The notes under the pieces were generated by a model. The model did not search any database and had not been told where the DNA came from. It was given only the letters and a program-made list of their open reading frames with translations. From NCBI GenBank assembly GCA_021463465.1, contig JAJTYH010000002.1, positions 1,347 through 65,346 of the forward strand: DNA of 64,000 nt, read 5' to 3'. Origin of the DNA: a bacterium. Lineage in GTDB: Bacteria; Patescibacteriota; Dojkabacteria; SC72. The position numbers were made by a program, and so were the translations under genes. This document shows positions 10,042 to 20,103 of this stretch, piece after piece; within the stretch, counting starts at the first letter, position 1, and each line of letters starts with the position of its first letter.

Positions 10042-10332
10042 TTAATCGGTCGAAAAAGCCTTTACCATCTCAATTACTACATAACCAATGATGAGATAGA
10101 AGAAAAGTGCTACTACCGAAACAAGTTCTAGACGGAAGACATTTATCTGTAAGACTTCAAAATCGAGCACGCCTTTAAACGGCGAAACAAAGTATCCGCT
10201 CCACCTCAATATAGAATTGACAATACTGCCACCATCAGGAATATTGAAGAAAATAAGGCTAATTCTCAGGACAATTAATGCCTGTACAGAGACAGTTGCA
10301 ACGTAAAGTAATCTAGCAACAAGTTTAAACAT
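10042..10332 (-). CDS. YggT-like small membrane protein
   Basis: LIVLRI...FVSPFKG...VVALFFY, two TM segments. Confidence 0.7.
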   Translation of the reverse strand: MFKLVARLLYVATVSVQALIVLRISLIFFNIPDGGSIVNSILRWSGYFVSPFKGVLDFEVLQINVFRLELVSVVALFFYLIIGYVVIEMVKAFSTD

Positions 10333-10354
10333 ATCTCCAAATTATAATAGCAAT

Positions 10355-11062
10355 TTAGATCTTTTCAAGATTCTCCAAATAGAAGTCTAATTCAAGCATG
10401 AATTTAGTTACGCCGTTAGCCCATGCATGAGCGGGATTGGCATAGCATGGTGGACAGTAGACTGGTTCAATCTGGAAAGGTGTGAGGCTAGTTCCGTAAC
10501 CGATTGCCAAACGCTGAGTTACAGTCTGGATACCTTCTTTCCAAGTAACAAACTCGCTGTAAGCCCCCCCTGGACCACCTCGCCACCCCCAGGCGTTGTG
10601 GGTACCGCTATGAGGAATAAGATTTCCAAAGGCTGACTCTACACCGGAAATTGATGCGACAAGCCTCCAATCTAATCCTGTGTCTTCTGCTTCAGTTACA
10701 AGCACATCTGAGTATGGGTACATTGGAGAGTTATAATCAAGTAAAAACTTTCGCATAGCTAAAATTCTTGGGTTACTTGTTTTGATTCCAGTCCCACCAT
10801 TAAGAAGAAGGGTTGAGGAGTCACCTATCAGATTTGAGCGAAGATCTAGTGATGAACCGTTTTTTCCGATTACTATTTCACTTAGATTTACCCCATTCCG
10901 ATAGGTTGATAATGTCATAGTTTCCACCCTGGAATTAATACCAGCAAATACAGGTTTCAATACGGTGAATCGTAAGAGGCCATATATGGAAAGTACAACC
11001 AGGATAGAGAGCATAATCCTAGAAAGTTTAGAAAAAAGTGTCTCTTTGCTAACATTTGTCAT
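10355..11062 (-). CDS. Membrane-anchored lysozyme-fold protein, paralog of 1541-2140
   Basis: LDWRLVASISGVESAFG, HNAWGWRG, YCPPC. Confidence 0.6.
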   Translation of the reverse strand: MTNVSKETLFSKLSRIMLSILVVLSIYGLLRFTVLKPVFAGINSRVETMTLSTYRNGVNLSEIVIGKNGSSLDLRSNLIGDSSTLLLNGGTGIKTSNPRILAMRKFLLDYNSPMYPYSDVLVTEAEDTGLDWRLVASISGVESAFGNLIPHSGTHNAWGWRGGPGGAYSEFVTWKEGIQTVTQRLAIGYGTSLTPFQIEPVYCPPCYANPAHAWANGVTKFMLELDFYLENLEKI

Positions 11063-11117
11063 GATTGTTCAGTATAGCAGATTTACAAGTTTAACCTCTA
11101 ACATTAAAATGGGATAA

Positions 11118-14100
11118 ATGTTTACCCACTTACATGTTCATACAGAGTACTCACTACTTGATGGCGTTAATCGCATACCTAACCTGGTAGCTAAAGTTAA
11201 GGAGTTGGGTATGAAAGGCTGTGCCATAACGGATCATGGCAATCTGTATGGCGCTTTTAAATTTTATTCTGAGATGAAAGATAATGGTCTTAAACCTATT
11301 ATCGGTTGTGAATTGTACATTGCCCCTCGCTCAATGCATGAGAAAGAAATGGGTATTGATAACAAGTATTTCCATTTGACTGTGCTTGCTCAGAATTTAG
11401 TTGGGTACAAAAACCTTCTTAAGCTTGTTTCCCTGGGACATACCGAAGGATTTTATTTCAAACCCAGGGTCGATTGGGAAGCACTGAAGCAGCATTCGGA
11501 GGGACTCATTGTACTTTCGGGGTGTCTTTCAGGAGTGCTTAGCAAGCGTATTGTTAACGCTCAGATTGACCAAGCTAAAGCTGAGGCCGCTAAATACAAA
11601 GAGGTTTTCAAAGACCGTTTCTTTATTGAGATTCAGAAGCTAAAGATTGAGGAGCAAAATCCTGTAAACGAAAAACTAATGGAAATTGCTAAAGAATTCA
11701 ACATACAGACTGTTGCTACATACGATGTTCATTTTTTGGAAAAAGGTGACGAAACCGTGCAAGAAGTATTGTGGGCAATTGCTGATGGTAAGAGTTTAGA
11801 TGACCCAACTCGTAGAGTTGTGAATACAAACCAATGTTATTTTAAAACTGACGAGGAGATATCAGAAGATTTTAAGGGATACGAGGGGGCAGTTGCTAAC
11901 ACACAGAAAGTTTTTGATATGGTAGAAGAGTTTGATATCACTTTTGGGCGCGTTGAGCTGAGCTTTGGCGACCTTCCAAAAGGAATGTCGACCAAGGAGT
12001 TTGTAAGGCAGTTGGTGTATGAGGGAGCAGCAAGGAAATATCCAAAGGTTACGAATGAAGTCAAGCAGCGTATTGACTATGAATTGGATATAATTAGTGA
12101 CAAAGGCTACGACACATATTTTTTGGTGGTTGCAGATTTCATCAAGTTTTGCACGGATAATGACATTATGGTTAGTGCGAGAGGCTCCGCAGTGGGGTCA
12201 GTAGTGGCGTATTGCTTGGATATAGCAAGTATCGATCCTATTAAATGGGGACTATACTTTGAGAGGTTCTTAAACCCTGGGAGACCCAGTCCACCTGATA
12301 TTGATTTGGACTTGTCTGATGTTAGGCGGTTTGAAGTTATACAGTATGCTCAGCGCAAATACGGCAAGGATTGTGTTAAACAGATTATTACCTTCTCAAA
12401 ATTGCAGACACGATTAGCCATCAGGGATGTGGCAAGGGTTCTTGGAATTGACCTACTTACCGCCGACAAGCTTTCCAAGATGGTAAAGGTGGAATTTGGT
12501 AAGACTAAATCCTTTGATTACATGATGGATAATAATTCTGAGTTTGCAGAATTGATTAACAGTACTGAGAAAACACAAGAGTTAGGGAAGATAGTTCGTA
12601 AAATTGCAGGAATGGCCCGAGGGGTGTCGATGCATGCTAGCGGTATAGTCATAACCCCAACTGCAGTTGATAATTATGTGCCTGTACAGCCAGATTCAAA
12701 GACTGACGAGGTGGGAATGACTCAGTATGAAATGACTGACCTTGAAACCATTGGGATTTTAAAACTAGACTTTTTAGGACTTAGAAACCTAAGCATTATA
12801 GACAATGCTCTAAAAAAAATTGAAAGAAGCGAAGGGAAAAGAATCGACTTAGCCAAAGTTGATACCGAAGATGAACGGGTCTATAAATCATTAAAAGAAG
12901 GTAATACCACTGGTCTGTTCCAACTTGAAGGTGAGGGTATGACAAGAGCGCTTATTCAGATTGAACCTCGTACAGCCGAGGATATATGTTACCTGCTTGC
13001 GGCATATCGTCCAGGACCTATTCAATTTATTCCAGAATATGTAGCTGTTCAGAGAGGTCAAAAAAAACCTAGATACATCCTTCCTGAATTGGAACCAATT
13101 CTAGGTGTTACCAACGGCGTTATTTCCTATCAGGAACAAGTCATGAGAATTGCTGTTGATATTGCAGGGTATTCTCTAAGTGAAGCAGATAACATGCGTA
13201 AGGCGATGGGTAAGAAGAAAATGGACATCATGTTGGAAGAAGTCGATAAGTTTGTTGAAGGAGGGAAACGTAAGGGGTTTCCAGTGGATAAGCTAAAAGA
13301 ATTAGGAGACTTGCTTTTGAAGTTCGCTAACTACGGTTTTAATAAGTCTCATTCAGCAATGTACGCAATGGTAGCCTACTACACCGCCTATCTCAAAGTT
13401 CACTATCCTTTAGAATATATGGCAGCATTGCTTGAGGCTGATTTAGGTAGATTTGATGATATGATTAAAGATACACTGGAGTGTGAACGAATGGGTATTA
13501 AGATTTTACCGCCTAACGTCAATAAATCAGGCTTTTATTTCTCAGTCGAGCAGAGTGACCAACAAAGTATTCGTTTTGGACTTGGTTCGATTAAAAATGT
13601 CGGCCAGGATGTGGTGAAAAACATTGTAGAAAAGAGAAACGATGGAGGAAACTTTCTTTCGTTAGATGATTTTGTATTTCGTTTGATTGATCGTAAATTG
13701 CAACTTAGAACGGTTGAGTACCTAATAATGGCAGGGGGTATGGATGAGTTTGGTGATAGGCAAGCCATGATAGATGTACTCCCCAGCATTATTGAAAAAG
13801 CTAAGAAGTACAATCAGATAGCTAACTTAGGACAAATTGATCTTTTTAATGCTTCTCAAAGTGGAGATGTAAAAGTTAGTTTCCCTCAGACACCTTTATC
13901 GGCTTCCACAACCACAGCAATTCATCAGTTACTTCGTTGGGAGAAAGAATTACTTGGCCTATACTTTAGCAGCCACCCACTGGATAATCTGAAGGAGTTT
14001 TTTGTAGGTAAGAATGTCATGAGTATAAGAGAGGTTCGTGGTGGAAAACCTAACAGCTTAGTTATTTTAGGCTGTTTAATTTCCAATGTTCGCAGAATTA

Positions 14101-14519
14101 CGACAAAAAACAATGAACGGATGGCTGTCCTTACAGTTGAAGATAAGACAGGAAGCATTGATGTCGTTGTATTCCCTCGTGCTTACGAAGAAGTGAAAGA
14201 TATGTTTGAACCTAATAAACCTGTGTTAATTGCTGGTAAACTTAATTTCCGGGACGATACACCCTCAATCATTTTTGAAAAAGCCAAGTATATAGATGAA
14301 GGAAAGTTCAGCACTGATTTTAAGGGTGTCATTTTTAAAATCACAAATAAACATAAAAAAGCCGATATCGCGAAACTTAAGAAGTACATAGTTGATAATC
14401 CAGGTGATATGCCTGTTAAGGTCGTTATGCATGAGAACGGCAGTCCCAAAAAAATCGATTTGAGAAAAGGCATTGCCTTAACTGACGAAGGTAAGCAACT
14501 TCTTCAGATTTTCTCGTGA
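11118..14519 (+). CDS. dnaE: DNA polymerase III alpha subunit
   Basis: FTHLHVHTEYSLLDG PHP domain; FERFLNP, PPDIDLD, FANYGFNKSH. Confidence 0.98.
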   Translation: MFTHLHVHTEYSLLDGVNRIPNLVAKVKELGMKGCAITDHGNLYGAFKFYSEMKDNGLKPIIGCELYIAPRSMHEKEMGIDNKYFHLTVLAQNLVGYKNLLKLVSLGHTEGFYFKPRVDWEALKQHSEGLIVLSGCLSGVLSKRIVNAQIDQAKAEAAKYKEVFKDRFFIEIQKLKIEEQNPVNEKLMEIAKEFNIQTVATYDVHFLEKGDETVQEVLWAIADGKSLDDPTRRVVNTNQCYFKTDEEISEDFKGYEGAVANTQKVFDMVEEFDITFGRVELSFGDLPKGMSTKEFVRQLVYEGAARKYPKVTNEVKQRIDYELDIISDKGYDTYFLVVADFIKFCTDNDIMVSARGSAVGSVVAYCLDIASIDPIKWGLYFERFLNPGRPSPPDIDLDLSDVRRFEVIQYAQRKYGKDCVKQIITFSKLQTRLAIRDVARVLGIDLLTADKLSKMVKVEFGKTKSFDYMMDNNSEFAELINSTEKTQELGKIVRKIAGMARGVSMHASGIVITPTAVDNYVPVQPDSKTDEVGMTQYEMTDLETIGILKLDFLGLRNLSIIDNALKKIERSEGKRIDLAKVDTEDERVYKSLKEGNTTGLFQLEGEGMTRALIQIEPRTAEDICYLLAAYRPGPIQFIPEYVAVQRGQKKPRYILPELEPILGVTNGVISYQEQVMRIAVDIAGYSLSEADNMRKAMGKKKMDIMLEEVDKFVEGGKRKGFPVDKLKELGDLLLKFANYGFNKSHSAMYAMVAYYTAYLKVHYPLEYMAALLEADLGRFDDMIKDTLECERMGIKILPPNVNKSGFYFSVEQSDQQSIRFGLGSIKNVGQDVVKNIVEKRNDGGNFLSLDDFVFRLIDRKLQLRTVEYLIMAGGMDEFGDRQAMIDVLPSIIEKAKKYNQIANLGQIDLFNASQSGDVKVSFPQTPLSASTTTAIHQLLRWEKELLGLYFSSHPLDNLKEFFVGKNVMSIREVRGGKPNSLVILGCLISNVRRITTKNNERMAVLTVEDKTGSIDVVVFPRAYEEVKDMFEPNKPVLIAGKLNFRDDTPSIIFEKAKYIDEGKFSTDFKGVIFKITNKHKKADIAKLKKYIVDNPGDMPVKVVMHENGSPKKIDLRKGIALTDEGKQLLQIFS

Positions 14520-16012
14520 TAGAATATCTTGTGAATACACAACTCCAAGACAAGATCACCTTACTCCCTAGGTCGAGTGGCATTTATAAGTTTTTGAACC
14601 GTGAAGGTAAGGTTTTATATATTGGAAAAGCACATAACTTAAAGTCACGAGTTTCAAGCTATTTTTCAGATACCCATCTAGATCGTCCGCGAATTGTTGG
14701 GATGATTCCTCTTATAGCAGATATCAACTATGTTGAAACAGATAATGATATTGAGGCACTAGTATTGGAGTCTGCGTTAATAAAACGGGAGCAGCCTAAA
14801 TATAATACTGATGCAAAAGATGATAAATCGTACTCATACCTTTATATTAATATTAAACACGACTATCCGACGGTAAGGATTGTAAGACAGGTTTCCAAAG
14901 CTGAACTTAAAGAAGGGAAACTTTTTGGCCCGTACCCAAGCGGTGGTTCGGTTCGTAGAGTTTTTCATTATCTCCGAAGGATATTTCCTTTCTGTACAAG
15001 TAAAGATCCAACTAAACCTTGTTTTGATATGCATATCGGACTCTGTCCAGGTCCAATTCCCTCTCAGGAGTATCGTAAGAATATTAATGGAATAATTGAG
15101 TTCCTTAAGGGCAAAAGCAACCATCTTATTAAAAATGTGGTCGATGAAATGGAGTTAGCTTCAGATAATCAAGAATACGAAAGTGCGGCCATATTACGTG
15201 ACAAGGTTAATGACTTGCGTTACCTGACCTCAAAAATAAGAGTAGATAATATGGAAAATGAGCTTGAATATGTTCAAATCCGGAGACAGCGAGCTAAGAA
15301 AAGACTGCAAAGCTTAGCCAAAGAATTGAACATAAATCAGATTCATCGAGTTGAATGCTACGATATTTCCAATCTTCAAGGCAAGTTTGCTTATGGATCA
15401 ATGGCTGTTGCTATTGATGGTATTAATGATAACAGTCAGTATCGAATATTTAAGATTAGGGGTGTCGATATACCTAATGACCTAGCAATGTTATCAGAAG
15501 TCTTGAGGAGGAGGATTAAATATTTAAGAAACGAACTAGATGTAAGCCTAGGGCAAATTCCGACTATTATTCTGATTGATGGGGGTGGAAATCAACTACA
15601 AGCCGTAAATGACCTTGTTCCGAAAGATATCGTACTACTTGGCATTACTAAAGGTAGGAAATATCGGAGAAAAGGAGGTAGATTGCTTGATGAGTTCTGG
15701 AAGATAGAGAATAATGAGATAGTACAGTTGAAATTAAGAAATACACAGTCCTTATCACTACTGAGAGATGAAGCCCATCGATTTGCACTACTTCATCACC
15801 GCAAAGCCAAAGCTAAAGGTAACATCAAATCCTATCTGGATGAAATCCCACTTGTCGGACCAAAAACCAAAAAGCTTTTGAAGCAAGCATTTAGTTCTAA
15901 AGAACTGCTGCGTAGTACAAGCAGGGAAAAGCTTGTGGGGATTGTTAAAAACTCTAAAATTGCTGATGCAATTATTGAATACTTTAAGGCTGAACTGTCT
16001 CAACCTGGGTAA
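14516..16012 (+). CDS. uvrC: Excinuclease ABC subunit C
   Basis: GIY-YIG (GIYKF...LYIGKA...RVSSYF), VECYDISN, LIDGG, LRDEAHRFA, HhH. Confidence 0.93.
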   Translation: MIEYLVNTQLQDKITLLPRSSGIYKFLNREGKVLYIGKAHNLKSRVSSYFSDTHLDRPRIVGMIPLIADINYVETDNDIEALVLESALIKREQPKYNTDAKDDKSYSYLYINIKHDYPTVRIVRQVSKAELKEGKLFGPYPSGGSVRRVFHYLRRIFPFCTSKDPTKPCFDMHIGLCPGPIPSQEYRKNINGIIEFLKGKSNHLIKNVVDEMELASDNQEYESAAILRDKVNDLRYLTSKIRVDNMENELEYVQIRRQRAKKRLQSLAKELNINQIHRVECYDISNLQGKFAYGSMAVAIDGINDNSQYRIFKIRGVDIPNDLAMLSEVLRRRIKYLRNELDVSLGQIPTIILIDGGGNQLQAVNDLVPKDIVLLGITKGRKYRRKGGRLLDEFWKIENNEIVQLKLRNTQSLSLLRDEAHRFALLHHRKAKAKGNIKSYLDEIPLVGPKTKKLLKQAFSSKELLRSTSREKLVGIVKNSKIADAIIEYFKAELSQPG

Positions 16013-17063
16013 GGTTTTGCAGCATATAATTGAAGAAAGGTTCATTTTCTTCAAACGCAGCTATCACATAGATCAAAGTGTTAGAGTTGTTTTTTACTGC
16101 TACTATGGAGCCAAAATCTGAGCCTTTGTTAACTGTTGCACGGACCGCGTATTCTCCTCTAAACTCAGTTTCTACCGAATTAACTACCTGCCACTTACTT
16201 TTATGTTTTTTGTTGAAACTCGCAATGAAATTATCTATATAACCGTCATAAGTATTCCCGCCGTTATATCCGACTGGTTCTAAATAAATAATGCTATTAT
16301 CACCAAGCCTTTGAAATGAAACCCCTTGAAAAGATTTAATGCCAGTTGCGTAATACTTCGCGGTGTACTCTGTTGGGAAATTTAAACGCCAAGGAAAATC
16401 AGGAAGTAGATCTGCTTTTTCGGTGGTTAATAATAAAAGTTTCCTAGCAATTTCCTTTTTTACCTCATCCTCCAGTCCTGTTTGAGCTTGTTTTACAGTA
16501 ACTGTTTGATACCACACATCGTTTAATCTAGAATATATTCTCAGCCCTTTGTCACCTTTAACCCAATACTCCCCAAAAAGTCGATCTTCTGAAGTAATTG
16601 AAACTGAAAGCACATGCTGCCATTCTTTAGGCGGTAGTTGCTCAACATAAAATGAAAAAACATCGGCTATCTCAGCATCTTTGGGTAATCTGTAAACACT
16701 ATTTCCCAATGAAATGAAGTGCTTAACCGTTTCGTCATCTGTGTCATTACTAAAAATGAACTCGGAACCAGGGTAGGCGGGGATATCAAAACCGTAAACT
16801 TGTTCTGTCGATAAAACTGCTTCTTTTTCTGATCGCAAAGCGACAATATAGCGATAGGTCCAGAGTCCTAATAAAACAAGTAAGGCGATTGATAAAAGAA
16901 AAATTGCAAAAAGTAGAACTGTACCAACAAACTGTCGTTGAATTTGCTGTAAAACTCGTTTTTGCTGTTTGGATTTGGTCTTCAGAACTACGCCAATTCG
17001 GTTAACTTTTTTGATTCGTCCTTTTCGTACTTTAAAGATCACATTGTTTGGATGTTTTGGCAT
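15984..17063 (-). CDS. Hypothetical single-pass membrane protein
   Basis: 359-aa ORF, basic N-terminus, one TM, large soluble domain. Confidence 0.7.
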   Translation of the reverse strand: MPKHPNNVIFKVRKGRIKKVNRIGVVLKTKSKQQKRVLQQIQRQFVGTVLLFAIFLLSIALLVLLGLWTYRYIVALRSEKEAVLSTEQVYGFDIPAYPGSEFIFSNDTDDETVKHFISLGNSVYRLPKDAEIADVFSFYVEQLPPKEWQHVLSVSITSEDRLFGEYWVKGDKGLRIYSRLNDVWYQTVTVKQAQTGLEDEVKKEIARKLLLLTTEKADLLPDFPWRLNFPTEYTAKYYATGIKSFQGVSFQRLGDNSIIYLEPVGYNGGNTYDGYIDNFIASFNKKHKSKWQVVNSVETEFRGEYAVRATVNKGSDFGSIVAVKNNSNTLIYVIAAFEENEPFFNYMLQNLTQVETVQP

Positions 17064-17124
17064 ATTATTAATTTATACCAATGTTTTGTAATCTTCAAAT
17101 GCATAGTATAATCATTAGCTCTAA

Positions 17125-17195
17125 TGCGGGATCGTCTAATGGTAGGACAACGGCCTTTGAAGCCGTGTATCTTAGTTCGAATCTAAGTCCCGCAA
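17125..17195 (+). tRNA. tRNA-Gln(TTG)
   Basis: TGCGGGA/TCCCGCA acceptor; ACGGC-CTTTGAA-GCCGT anticodon arm; TTCGAAT T-loop; no CCA. Confidence 0.95.
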
Positions 17196-17207
17196 TTTCC
17201 TATTTGT

Positions 17208-18068
17208 GTGTTATATTTTAATGTTATGCGTATACCTTTGCCCAAGCATTACTACAAAATCGTTGATCTCAAATTTGAGAGCAAAAGAATCAGAACATAT
17301 AGGTTTGGAATCGGACCCAAAAAGATACTCTCACTACCTGGCTTTCCTCACTCCGGGCTGACTTACCTCTATTTTCTTCTTAAATATGACCTTAAAAAGG
17401 TTCAGTTCATTACTTTTGACTTACCAGGCTGGGTAGGCAATTCAGAGAATATTTTTGAAGAATTAGGATATAACGAGGAACAGTTGATCATTCTAGTAGA
17501 ATTGATTATTAACAAGTATGAACTTAATCATTTTAGTGTAATTGGATACTCGTTTGGTTCAAGTTTAGCAGCAAGACTTGTTGGCTTAAATAAATATCGA
17601 ATCGAAAAACTCGCTTTAATATCTCCTGTACTTGATGGTGATCAAATTACATATCGCAGATGGCTGTTAAATACGCTCCGACAATTTAAGATATACGACT
17701 ATCTTAAACTGCATATCTATAGGAAAATGAACATTTATAAAGCCCAGCTTATTAAACTTGGTTTAGACCCTTCACTGCTGGATGAATATCAGAAAATGTT
17801 CAAGAATTCAGACAGTAAAGTACTGCTTGAAAGCATAGATAAACTATTCACAAGTAACTACTCATCCTACCTAGACAATTTTGATGCCGACAAGATCTTA
17901 ATTGCCTCATCTAAGGATGAGTCGCCATATATTAAGGAGCAATCTACTCTGTTGCGTCGTAAATTAAAAGGGGAGAAAACCCTTTATTTGGAAGGTAATC
18001 ATGAAGATTTTATTCTTCATCCAGAAACAGAAATGGTGGTGAAAGTCATTGACTTCCTAATCAAATAA
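17208..18068 (+). CDS. Alpha/beta hydrolase
   Basis: LPGFP, FDLPGWVGNS, GYSFG nucleophile elbow, GNH near C-terminus. Confidence 0.85.
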   Translation: MLYFNVMRIPLPKHYYKIVDLKFESKRIRTYRFGIGPKKILSLPGFPHSGLTYLYFLLKYDLKKVQFITFDLPGWVGNSENIFEELGYNEEQLIILVELIINKYELNHFSVIGYSFGSSLAARLVGLNKYRIEKLALISPVLDGDQITYRRWLLNTLRQFKIYDYLKLHIYRKMNIYKAQLIKLGLDPSLLDEYQKMFKNSDSKVLLESIDKLFTSNYSSYLDNFDADKILIASSKDESPYIKEQSTLLRRKLKGEKTLYLEGNHEDFILHPETEMVVKVIDFLIK

Positions 18069-18069
18069 T

Positions 18070-20052
18070 TCAGTTGAGTCGTAGTTTAAGCTCTTTGATT
18101 TCATCCCGTAATTTAGCGGCTTTCTCAAATTGTAAGTTATGTGCATAGAGATGCATTTGGTCCTCAAGGTTTTGAATTACTCTTTTAAGCTCTTTCCTGT
18201 TCGGTTTGTCAGTCTTGACCCACTGAGAGTAGCTGATTTGTGGCTGCTCATCATCTTGCACTAAACGCTCTCTAATAGCCTTAATTATACTTTTTGGAGT
18301 TATATTATACTTCTTATTATACTCTGACTGATATTTCCTGCGTCGATTAGTTTCGTCAATTGCGTATTTCATACTATCCGTTACTTTGTCTGCATACATA
18401 ATAACCCTACCTTCAACGTGTCGTGCAGCGCGTCCAATTGTTTGAACCAAGCTGGTTTTGGACCTAAGAAACCCTTCTTTGTCAGCATCAAGTATCAAAA
18501 CCAACGAAACCTCAGGTAGATCAATACCCTCTCTCAAGAGGTTAATACCTACCAATACATCGTATTCTCCCAATCTAAGGTCTCTTAATATATCAACACG
18601 CTCTACAGTATCTACATCAGAATGAAGATACTGAACCTTCAGTCCTGTGTCTTTAAGGTAGGTGGCAAGGTCCTCAGCCATCCGCTTGGTCAGTGTTGTA
18701 ATGAGAACGCGATGACCTTTATCGACAGCTCCTTGGGCTTCCCTAATCACATCGTCAATCTGGTTTTGTGTAGGTCGCACTGAAACCTCAGGATCTAATA
18801 AGCCAGTAGGTCTCACCAAAAGCTCAGCTACTTCGCCGTGGCTATCTTTAATCTCCCATTCACCCGGGGTAGCTGAAATATAAACAGTTGAGCCCATTTT
18901 GTCGTAGAATTCGTTAAAAGTAAGTGGACGGTTATCTCTAGCGGTTGGCAACCTAAACCCATATTCAATCAAATTATCCTTTCTAGCTTTATCACCATTA
19001 GACATTCCGCCTACCTGTGGGATTGTAATGTGTGATTCATCAACCAAAAGTAAATAATCATCGGAGAAATAATCAAGGAGCGTAAATGGAGGTTGCCCTT
19101 CTTTGCGACCGTCAAAATAGATTGAGTAGTTCTCCATACTCTTGCAAAAACCTACCTCTTTAATCATCTCGACGTCGTACATTGTTTTCTGGTACAAACG
19201 ATTCGCCTCAAGCTCTTTACCGAGATTCTTTAAGAAATCAGTTCGCTTCTTAAGATCTTCCTCAATTCTATGAATCGCACCTGCAAGTACTTCGGGTTCA
19301 TAAACCATTGAGGTAGCTGGGAAGACCTCAACTTCTTCTTTGACTTGAAGTTTGTGTCCAGTGATACTGTCAATATAAGAAAGCCTTTCAATTTCATCTC
19401 CGAAAAACTCAATCCGCAAAGGAAAATCATCGTACGTCATGAAAATATCTACCACATCACCCTTAATTCTAAATTTGCCTGAAACAAAGTCCTCACCTTG
19501 TCGAGTATATCTCATTAAAGTTAGCTTCCTGGAAAGGGTGGCAATACTTAACTTTTCTCCTACCTTAAGAGTTAGGGCTTGATTAGCGTAGTTTTTAGGA
19601 CTTCCGATATTATATATACATGAGACTGATGCAACAATTATAGTATCACTTCTGGTTACTGCGGCATTCATAGCTGAAAACCTTAAACGCTCAATCTGTT
19701 GGTTAGTTTCAGATTCTTTTTCTATATAAAGATCACGGTTAGGAAGGTAAGCTTCAGGCTGGTAGTAGTCATAATATGAAACAAAATATCGTACAGCATT
19801 ATCTGGAAAGAACTCTTTAAATTCTTCAAACAGTTGTGCCGCCAGAGTTTTGTTGTGTGAAAGCACTAATGCTGGTCTATTGGTTCTGTTAATCAAGTTT
19901 GCCATAGCAAACGTCTTACCTGAACCTGTTACTCCTAGAAGCACCTGCTTGTTTTTACCCCTATTAATGTTATCAACTAGCTTATCAACAACCTTAGACT
20001 GCTCAACTGAGGCATCAAAGGTTGATTTTAATTGAAAAGGTTTATGAATCAC
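18070..20052 (-). CDS. uvrB: Excinuclease ABC subunit B
   Basis: GVTGSGKT, FVSYYDYYQPEAY, DESH, QTIGRAAR, C-terminal UVR domain. Confidence 0.98.
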   Translation of the reverse strand: MIHKPFQLKSTFDASVEQSKVVDKLVDNINRGKNKQVLLGVTGSGKTFAMANLINRTNRPALVLSHNKTLAAQLFEEFKEFFPDNAVRYFVSYYDYYQPEAYLPNRDLYIEKESETNQQIERLRFSAMNAAVTRSDTIIVASVSCIYNIGSPKNYANQALTLKVGEKLSIATLSRKLTLMRYTRQGEDFVSGKFRIKGDVVDIFMTYDDFPLRIEFFGDEIERLSYIDSITGHKLQVKEEVEVFPATSMVYEPEVLAGAIHRIEEDLKKRTDFLKNLGKELEANRLYQKTMYDVEMIKEVGFCKSMENYSIYFDGRKEGQPPFTLLDYFSDDYLLLVDESHITIPQVGGMSNGDKARKDNLIEYGFRLPTARDNRPLTFNEFYDKMGSTVYISATPGEWEIKDSHGEVAELLVRPTGLLDPEVSVRPTQNQIDDVIREAQGAVDKGHRVLITTLTKRMAEDLATYLKDTGLKVQYLHSDVDTVERVDILRDLRLGEYDVLVGINLLREGIDLPEVSLVLILDADKEGFLRSKTSLVQTIGRAARHVEGRVIMYADKVTDSMKYAIDETNRRRKYQSEYNKKYNITPKSIIKAIRERLVQDDEQPQISYSQWVKTDKPNRKELKRVIQNLEDQMHLYAHNLQFEKAAKLRDEIKELKLRLN

Positions 20053-20103
20053 TTTGACTCGTATATAATGCTAACTGGTTATTATACAATTAATTAAGAA
20101 ACT

